A DNA stretch of 64,000 bases, from contig OZ244650.1 in the NCBI GenBank assembly GCA_965218785.1, positions 1,728,001-1,792,000 on the forward strand, given 5' to 3'. Positions within the stretch are counted from its first letter, which is position 1, and each line of letters starts with the position of its first letter. Below, one piece after another: positions 56,853 to 64,000 of the stretch. A model generated the notes under the pieces. It was not told the origin of the DNA. It was given only the letters and a program-made list of their open reading frames with translations, and ran no database searches. The translations under genes and the position numbers were made by a program. The DNA is from Nitrosopumilus sp. GTDB taxonomy: Archaea > Thermoproteota > Nitrososphaeria > Nitrososphaerales > Nitrosopumilaceae.

Positions 56853-57620
56853 ATGGCACAGGTATCTAGTATTGCAAATGAACAGACATCAACGCCGTTG
56901 TCTTCTTCAAAGTCAGTCAAACTTCGAATTTCAAGATATAATCCAAAGTATGATGAAGCAAGCGGATTCATGGAGTTTGATGTTCCATATGAGAAATGGA
57001 CGACTGTTCTAGAGGCAATCCTTGAAGTCAAAAAACATTTTGATCATTCAATAGCAGCCCGCTATTCCTGTAGACAGGCTACGTGTGGTTCATGTGGAAT
57101 GATGATTAATGGAAAGCCAAGGCTTGCATGTTTTACAAAAATCAGTGAACTAAATTCCAAGGTCATTACAGTTGAACCAATGAGTAATTTCCCAGTCATC
57201 CGTGATCTGGCAGTAAAGTTTGAAAGGCTGTTTGACACCCATCATAAAATCAAGCCATACATTATCCGTGATGACAGTGAGATAGAGTCGGATCAAAAGG
57301 AATTCTTGCAGTCTCCCGAGGAAGTCGAACAGTACATCCAGTTTTCCAACTGTATCAAATGCGGCTTGTGTAATTCCGCATGCCCTACAATGGCAACAGA
57401 TTCTTCATTTGTCGGACCGCAGGCATTAGCTCAAGCATATCGCTATGTTGCAGATAGCAGAGACAAGGGAAAAGACTCTAGGCTAAAGATAATTGATGAA
57501 TCCCACGGCATATGGAGGTGTCATTTTGCCGGTTCCTGCAGCCAGGTATGTCCAAAAGGAGTTGATCCGGCGATGGGAATCCAGTTACTTAGGGGCTATC
57601 TGCTGGGATTCAAAAGCTAG
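56853..57620 (+). CDS. sdhB: Succinate dehydrogenase iron-sulfur subunit
   Basis: SCRQATCGSC, CIKCGLCNSACP and CHFAGSCSQVCPKG. Confidence 0.97.
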   Translation: MAQVSSIANEQTSTPLSSSKSVKLRISRYNPKYDEASGFMEFDVPYEKWTTVLEAILEVKKHFDHSIAARYSCRQATCGSCGMMINGKPRLACFTKISELNSKVITVEPMSNFPVIRDLAVKFERLFDTHHKIKPYIIRDDSEIESDQKEFLQSPEEVEQYIQFSNCIKCGLCNSACPTMATDSSFVGPQALAQAYRYVADSRDKGKDSRLKIIDESHGIWRCHFAGSCSQVCPKGVDPAMGIQLLRGYLLGFKS

Positions 57621-57940
57621 CTGGATTTTTTTGGATTCGGACTGTTATTTACTTGATTGTTGATTTGCTCGGCCATAAAGTGATTTGAGACATTTACCTT
57701 CACATCATCTACCCCATCTACCTTTAGGAGGTTATCATGTACGTCCTGGCAAATCTTAAACCCGAAAACTGCCGGGCAGAAGGGACTGGTAAGATGCAAA
57801 TCAACTTTAACGTCGTTGTTGTTGATGTCAACCTCGTCAATTAATTCCAGTTCAACAATGGATGTGTTGATTTCCGGATCCACGATCTTTGATAACTCAT
57901 CGAAGATTTTTACTCTGAGCTGCTTGATATCTTGACTCAT
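57617..57940 (-). CDS. MIP18/DUF59 Fe-S cluster assembly protein
   Basis: IVDPEINTSIVEL and LTSPFCP. Confidence 0.92.
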   Translation of the reverse strand: MSQDIKQLRVKIFDELSKIVDPEINTSIVELELIDEVDINNNDVKVDLHLTSPFCPAVFGFKICQDVHDNLLKVDGVDDVKVNVSNHFMAEQINNQVNNSPNPKKSS

Positions 57941-57988
57941 GTCGGCAAAAGCGTTGTTGCTATATATAACCATTATAGAACCTTAGGT

Positions 57989-59446
57989 ATGTATCGTTCA
58001 CGTCTTGGTACTGATCTGAGTGATATTACTTTGAATTATGTTTCATCAGTCAAGGATGATTCTGAGATAGCCTTTTATGACATCCTTGGAAGTCAGGCCC
58101 ACGCTTTGATGCTGTTTCAGAATAATATCATAACAGGCAGTGATGCCAAAAAAATCCTGACTGCCCTGGAGGGTTTGAAGGATGAAAAATTCAATGCCCC
58201 ATCTGGTGCAGAGGATATCCATGAGCTAATTGAGACACTGGTGATTAAAAAAGCTGGAATGGCCAGTGGTGGAAAAATGCATACTGCCAGATCTCGAAAT
58301 GATCAGGTCGTACTAGATATTCGAATGAAGATAAGGGACGATATCAACATCATCTGTAATTGTCTTTTAGATACAATAGAATCTCTTGTATCTGTGGCAA
58401 AAAATCACCAAAAAACAATCATGCCGTTATACACACATCTTCAGCAAGCACAGGCGGGTCTGTTTTCCCATTATCTTTTAGCACAGGCTGATGTTTTAAC
58501 AAGGGATTTTGAAAGGCTGTTTGGAACGTTTGAAAGAATAAACCAGAGTCCGCTTGGTGCAGGACCTGTCGGCGGAACAAGCATTCCCATTGACAGACAT
58601 AGCACTGCAAAGATGTTGGGTTTTGATGGCCTGGTTGAAAATTCAATCGATGCGACAAGTACGCGGGATTTTGTAGCAGAATACGTTGCAATGATTTCAA
58701 TTCTAATGACTAATCTTAGTAGAATTTCCGAGGATTTTGTTATTTGGTCAACTTCTGAATTCTCGTTTATTGAACTGTCTGATGAGTTCACGTCTCCGTC
58801 TAGTGTGATGCCACAGAAAAAGAATCCCGACATCTTGGAACTCACGCGCGGGAAAACAGCCGAGGTCATTGGCAATTTGACTGCGGTTCTAACAACGATT
58901 AAGGGATTGGCATCCGGATATGGACGGGATCTGCAACAGATTAAATCCTCTATTTGGTCTACCTCAAAAATTTCTATTAGCGCACTGATAATTTTAAAAT
59001 CAGTTCTTTTGACATTAAAAGTAAATGAAAAACAAATGAAAAAGGCAACTGAATCCAGCAATCTAATTGCGTTGGATATTGCCGAAAAGTTAGTCCAGGA
59101 GGGAATTCCGTTTAGAGTGACACATAAAATTTCAGGAGTACTAGTTCAACTAGCTCATAATTCAAAAAAACCAATTTCAAAATTGACGTTCTCTGAAATT
59201 AAAAAATCCGTGGTTGACACTAGAGTTGATCCTAAAATGGTCTCAAAAATCATATCTTCTACAACTGTGGTGTCTTCGCTCAAGGACAGAAGATCTTTTG
59301 GTTCTTCAGGCTATGATGAGCAAAAAAGAATGATTTCAGATAGAATTCAAAAAATTAATCAATACAGATCTGATGTATTGCAAAGAGAAAATAAAATCAA
59401 TGCATCAATTGATGATTTGAAAAAACAAATCAAGGCAATAATTTAA
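57989..59446 (+). CDS. argH: Argininosuccinate lyase
   Basis: EDIHE, HTARSRNDQV, YTHLQQAQ and SSVMPQKKNPD. Confidence 0.97.
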   Translation: MYRSRLGTDLSDITLNYVSSVKDDSEIAFYDILGSQAHALMLFQNNIITGSDAKKILTALEGLKDEKFNAPSGAEDIHELIETLVIKKAGMASGGKMHTARSRNDQVVLDIRMKIRDDINIICNCLLDTIESLVSVAKNHQKTIMPLYTHLQQAQAGLFSHYLLAQADVLTRDFERLFGTFERINQSPLGAGPVGGTSIPIDRHSTAKMLGFDGLVENSIDATSTRDFVAEYVAMISILMTNLSRISEDFVIWSTSEFSFIELSDEFTSPSSVMPQKKNPDILELTRGKTAEVIGNLTAVLTTIKGLASGYGRDLQQIKSSIWSTSKISISALIILKSVLLTLKVNEKQMKKATESSNLIALDIAEKLVQEGIPFRVTHKISGVLVQLAHNSKKPISKLTFSEIKKSVVDTRVDPKMVSKIISSTTVVSSLKDRRSFGSSGYDEQKRMISDRIQKINQYRSDVLQRENKINASIDDLKKQIKAII

Positions 59447-59527
59447 CGATGGGAATGGGGGCAGGTCATAGATGATTTGGAGTTAAAACATAACAAAAAA
59501 TCGACATTTTTCCATCTGTTTTTACAA

Positions 59528-60082
59528 TTATGACGACAAACCTGCCTTTTTCTTTTTTTGATAATTTTCAACAAGACTGTTAATCCACAATGCGATTGGT
59601 ACCCAAAAAATTAAATTGCCAAAAACAAACACTATTGGAAATAAGAAAGTCATTTTGATACTTTCAAGGGGATAATAAAAAAGAGCTCCAATTAAAACAA
59701 CAGGTAAATTTAGATAACTCGGTATTGGTCCTAAACCTAAATCTTGTGGAATTTGTAAAATCAAATTTCCATATATCTGCAATCCAACAACAAGTGATAG
59801 CTTTAGTTTATTCATAATAAAAAAGGATGTGTCGGTATAAACTACAAAGAATGTCAGTAATGATAACACACCCAAGTATGCAATGAATGGATATGTCTCA
59901 GATAAGGACCCATCAAGTATTATCAGTGGCACGTCCAATAGAATCAATGTGAGCAAACCAATGAATCCCAGAGATAGAATAAGCATTAATGGTACGATAA
60001 AAATTTTTATTTTTTCTACTAATTTTTTGAAAAAATTTAAAACGGTTTCAACTTTTAGATAAGACATTTTATTTTTAATCAT
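59528..60082 (-). CDS. Hypothetical multi-pass membrane protein
   Basis: Four to five hydrophobic segments; very AT-rich. Confidence 0.65.
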   Translation of the reverse strand: MIKNKMSYLKVETVLNFFKKLVEKIKIFIVPLMLILSLGFIGLLTLILLDVPLIILDGSLSETYPFIAYLGVLSLLTFFVVYTDTSFFIMNKLKLSLVVGLQIYGNLILQIPQDLGLGPIPSYLNLPVVLIGALFYYPLESIKMTFLFPIVFVFGNLIFWVPIALWINSLVENYQKKKKAGLSS

Positions 60083-60390
60083 TGGGATAATTCTTCTACA
60101 GATTCTAATTTTAACTTTTTATCAATTTGATATTGAACTATTAGGTCAGAGTCTTTGTCTTTCCCCCCCCCCAGAAAAAAGATTATTACTTAAATCATAA
60201 ACATTCAGAGTCATACTATGGCAGATATACCCGGCAGGAGTCAGATTAGAAAGGGCGTTTGTGTATCCATTGAGACAAAGGAGAATCAAAGAACCGGCAA
60301 CCTCACAGACGGGACAGTAAATGAGATTCTGACCTCTAGTGAATTCCACCCCCCTGCTTCTGTCATGCTACAAAGCGTAACTGACATAAA

Positions 60391-60790
60391 ATGAAGGTCT
60401 TTCTTACTGCATTATCATCAGACGTATTAGAAAAAGATGAGGACTGGATAAACTATGTTGCCTTGAGTCTAACTGACGTGCCCATGATATCATGGAAAGA
60501 CGGCGATCATAAAATATTTGAAAACAACCTTGTAGCAATATCTCATAAATTCAGGCGTCTTGCGTCCATGCATTTTGCAGATGTTTCTGATAATTTTGTA
60601 AAACCGTCCTATCAGGTGGCGGTAACACATGCGGATGGAAGCGGGCATTACAACGGTGTCATTAAGGTTAGAACAAAAAAAATAAATGCAGAGACTTGCA
60701 GATAATATAATAAAAGATATGAAGAAAAATGGATTTACAAACAACAAGGACATAAATGCACTCATAGCGATACTGAATTCTAGATCATAA
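60391..60790 (+). pseudogene. Probable C-terminal remnant of a larger protein, frameshifted near 60700
   Basis: The ORF starts abruptly (DWINYVALSL.DVP..SWKD.D...F..NL) and a second frame continues IIKDMKKNG...ILNSRS*. Confidence 0.45.
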
Positions 60791-61377
60791 TGGATATAAT
60801 TATTGTAGCTGCAATGGATGTTTCTGGTGATCCTAGTATTGGCAATCATGGATTTATTGGAATTGTTATTGGTACAAAAGAAAGTATCGATTCAATGGCA
60901 AAACATCTGGGATCGAATAAAATTCATATGAGTGAAATCAAACATAAAAAAGATCGTGATAGCATCATCTCTCAATTAAAATTTGATAATAGAAATAACA
61001 TTGCACTCTGTGTTAAACTGAATCGTGATGTTGTGATTAGTAGGATAAGAAAGATGAAAAGAATTAGACAACAAAATATTCCAAACAAAAAAATTCTACG
61101 TGCATATAATAAATTTGTACTATATCATTTGCGAGAAAAGATTACAAATTTTTTAACTAAATATGGATATACGTTGTCAGATATTGTTTTCGAGTGTGAT
61201 ATGGATTGTAGAACATTGCTAAAAGATAATGGACTCGGTTATACGGACAAGAATACAGCACACATGCTGTCGGATATTATTGCATGGGCCAACAACAACA
61301 ATAAAGAACCAAAAGGAGTAATTTCAATTGATCTTACGGAGATAATTGAAATAGAATTGAAAAAGGCATTTAGATAG
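60790..61377 (+). CDS. DUF3800-like (RNase H-like fold) protein
   Basis: N-terminal beta strand then D-V-SG (DESG-like), a KIHM motif, and C-terminal MLSDIIAW (QxxD-like). Confidence 0.6.
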   Translation: MDIIIVAAMDVSGDPSIGNHGFIGIVIGTKESIDSMAKHLGSNKIHMSEIKHKKDRDSIISQLKFDNRNNIALCVKLNRDVVISRIRKMKRIRQQNIPNKKILRAYNKFVLYHLREKITNFLTKYGYTLSDIVFECDMDCRTLLKDNGLGYTDKNTAHMLSDIIAWANNNNKEPKGVISIDLTEIIEIELKKAFR

Positions 61378-61380
61378 ATG

Positions 61381-61460
61381 AAAACAGCCGTACCCACATG
61401 AGCCCCTGGCTCGCCAACTGGATAGTCCCGTTGACCCAAGGGATTCGAGTACGGTTAATC
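61381..61460. ncRNA. Candidate structured RNA next to the DUF3800-like gene
   Basis: Closing stem agccgtac/gtacggtt, hairpin gagcc-cct-ggctc and stem agtccc/gggatt; GC-rich patch in AT-rich DNA. Confidence 0.5.
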
Positions 61461-61699
61461 ATATTACTTTAGACTAGTATAATAAATTGTTGGTTTATTC
61501 AGAGGGGTCTATTGTACGAAAAGTAGATCCGCCCCGGATCCGAAGTGCAATAGATGATTATTTTAGACTGCGCCGATCACAAAAAAGCATGAAAAAAAGA
61601 CCGACAGAAAAAGTGCTTGATTCCAGAACTAGACCTCAGTTACACCTTTAATCATACGGACATTCTATTCCATATCTATTTTCTCGGAGGTCTGGATAT

Positions 61700-62005
61700 T
61701 TGGTATCCGCACACACAACCACCGAGTACACCTGCCGTGTTGTGTCTGTTCCATCTGATGCGGTGACTCAGAATCGATAGATCTGGTTGCGTTCGTGGTG
61801 GGGTGGTGCGATGACGTTCGAAAAATCGATTGATATGGTTGCAGTGCCGTTGTCGTGGTTTTTTATCTGTATGACATTATAGGGCATCAGTACTGGGAGG
61901 GTGTCCAAGACACCATTGTGATTGGGAGACAACGAGCCACGGTCCATGCCAAATATAATATCATCACCGTCCGCGTCTGATGCCGTCTCTGTAAATGATG
62001 TGTCT
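61700..62005 (-). pseudogene. Remnant of a cadherin/Ig-like surface protein
   Basis: TASDADGDDI...NHDNGTATISID...*VTASDGTD, with an internal stop and no start codon. Confidence 0.5.
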
Positions 62006-62420
62006 TCTTAATTGACCATGACATCTTTTTTGATTATGATACCGGTCTTTCGCATGATAGAGGTCTTGAATTAGGCGGTTTTACATCATTTTATAAAATA
62101 AAGAATGGTGAATCCACGATTCAGACAGAGTTTGGTAAGAAATATCATCATGAAAACCCCATCGAACTTTTAGAAGCTAAGGAAACCATCAAACAAATAA
62201 CTAAAGAAGACAAAGACAGCCAAAGTCCATAGTCTCGTGGTTCTGGTAAATTTTGGTGATCTGATCACTATTTTGCACCGGAACCAATCTACTATATCGT
62301 TTGAATTGATCAGAATCCCACAAGATGTATCTATCCCACTCTAGATAATCCCACTAAACCCTACCAACAAAGATTATTATCAATATCCTCTTTTGTAGGG
62401 TTTTTTATGTAAAGATAGGT

Positions 62421-62720
62421 CTATGTTTTATCAGATCTGTCACAGACATATGCAAATCCATACTTGCCAAAATCATCATATAGTAGTAAACTAGCTGTGA
62501 GTTTGACATTAGGAGAGTCAATGCCTGTATATCCCCACGTGGGGAATATCATTCCAAAATTTTTGACCAGACCTGTAATATGTCCGGGGTATTTTTCTTT
62601 GAAATGTTTTACAATGTCTTCGTCATCGAATCTTTCATGAAATTCCTCAAGGGTCATTGTAGGCAGATAATGAGAGAGTTCATATAGAATTATCCATATG
62701 GATACTAAGTAAAACCACAA
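62421..62720 (-). CDS. Hypothetical protein (possibly truncated)
   Basis: 99-aa ORF with plausible composition only. Confidence 0.4.
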   Translation of the reverse strand: MWFYLVSIWIILYELSHYLPTMTLEEFHERFDDEDIVKHFKEKYPGHITGLVKNFGMIFPTWGYTGIDSPNVKLTASLLLYDDFGKYGFAYVCDRSDKT

Positions 62721-63023
62721 GTGGGATTAACTTTAAATAATTTTTGTTCATTTTAACTAGTCAAAAATCATTTAATTTATTAATTCCTAATAAAAAAAGG
62801 AAAGAAATTCTAGTTTAAGACGGGAGTTGCAGCCATGTCTGAAGTTATTCTATCAATTGCTGTATGATAATCCCCAGAAATATGCCTGACGTAATATCTC
62901 CTGGTTTCGGCGGTTTTGATACCATCAAGGAATCTCTGATATGTATCCCCTTGCCCAACGGGTGAAACATTTTGAAAAGTATCGCCTCCTAGATCTTCCC
63001 AGATGCCTTAATGGGATATAACC

Positions 63024-63629
63024 TTAATTAGAATATATTGGCCATGTTACAATATATCCTCTTTGTTGCAATTCATCAAAAGAATCAAAACTTACACAAA
63101 CAGCCTGACCCCTTGAATTTAATCCCTTGTGATGTGAAATAGAACATGTAATTGAATGTATTTCTTTTTGAACCGGATTCCCATCCCAACACGATTTTGG
63201 TAATTCTATATAATTTGACAGATGCATGAATTCGGGAATCACCGCTATAACCAAGTCAATTTTAGAGTAACCCTCATAATTTATCATCCATTGATTATCA
63301 CATGATGTCTCCTTAAAATCGGCACTAATTTCTTGCCCATTTAACAGAATAATCACATGTTCAATGGCATTCAACGAGGGCATGGTTTTTGGTAAGCTTA
63401 TCTTAAATTCACCACTTGTGCCATTTATTACGAAAGAGATTTCGCTTTCATCATATTTTTCAAAATCAATAACATCTCCATTTGTGATTTCATAATTTAA
63501 AACATATTCGTGTCCATCAAATTCTTCGGTTATGGATTCAGCATATGCTGATTCAATATATGTAACAAATATCATCACAGTAAAGACTAGGGCTAATGCA
63601 CCACCAATTTCAACGTGTTTTTTTTTCAT
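63024..63629 (-). CDS. Secreted hypothetical protein
   Basis: Signal peptide, beta-rich domain (Y.ITNG.V....I.LPK...IILLNGQE) and a Cys-containing C-terminal motif. Confidence 0.8.
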   Translation of the reverse strand: MKKKHVEIGGALALVFTVMIFVTYIESAYAESITEEFDGHEYVLNYEITNGDVIDFEKYDESEISFVINGTSGEFKISLPKTMPSLNAIEHVIILLNGQEISADFKETSCDNQWMINYEGYSKIDLVIAVIPEFMHLSNYIELPKSCWDGNPVQKEIHSITCSISHHKGLNSRGQAVCVSFDSFDELQQRGYIVTWPIYSN

Positions 63630-63652
63630 AGTTTAATAGGGAAATAAAAAGA

Positions 63653-63793
63653 TTAAAAGTTCCATTTGAGATCATTCAGATATTGTGTCACCCTGCTATC
63701 TGCATATGTAAAATTCATACCAGAGACAGGTAGAATCATTGCAACAGTCAAAGATGCAAACAATGTGGTTTTTTTGATGTCATACATGTTCAT
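63653..63793 (-). pseudogene. Truncated secreted protein consisting of little more than a signal peptide
   Basis: MNMYDIKKTTLFASLTVAMILPVSGMNFTYA...* (46 aa); the signal peptide matches that of the 3419 gene. Confidence 0.55.
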
Positions 63794-64000
63794 ACCATAC
63801 CCTATACACCCTTATTATATAAGAAGATTGATTTGAAAATAGAGTGCCTTTTCTAAGATCTCATATCTGTTGCCTGCAGATACCGAGCATTTTATGATTT
63901 ACTGGGACATAAGGTATCTGTGACAAACTTTCGCAGCAAGATACTGTGCGAGGGCAATCAGGCCCTGATTGGCGCAAGTTTTCTGGTACTCGTTACTTTG

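Overview
Archaeal chromosome window, almost certainly Nitrososphaerota (Nitrosopumilus-like ammonia oxidiser), judged from the rpl7ae-rps28e-rpl24e-ndk-aIF5B operon, a CFI-box-CTERM protein, gins-mcm-hel308, alba and tandem zinc-type ferredoxins. Bases 1-19.8 kb are an accessory island that ends in an intact tyrosine integrase at the 3' end of tRNA-Leu(UAG). The island carries a two-component cassette bracketed by ~175-bp inverted repeats, secreted and surface proteins including a 1913-aa HYR/NHL/Ig adhesin, and a dead IS6-like transposase. Its most unusual part is a ~3.6-kb non-coding array (13.15-16.74 kb). There, six copies of a conserved hairpin-bearing ~80-150-bp core are each followed by a different iteron-like tandem-repeat block (mostly 22-, 54- or 55-bp periods). 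Bases 19.9-59.5 kb are mainly core genome (translation, replication, succinate dehydrogenase, argH, three tRNAs), with a cluster of 9 GATC sites in 96 bp ahead of the gins-mcm-hel308 operon. The right end (59.5-64 kb) is a decaying accessory patch that includes a DUF3800-like gene followed by a candidate structured RNA. All product calls come from motif recognition by eye; no searches were run.
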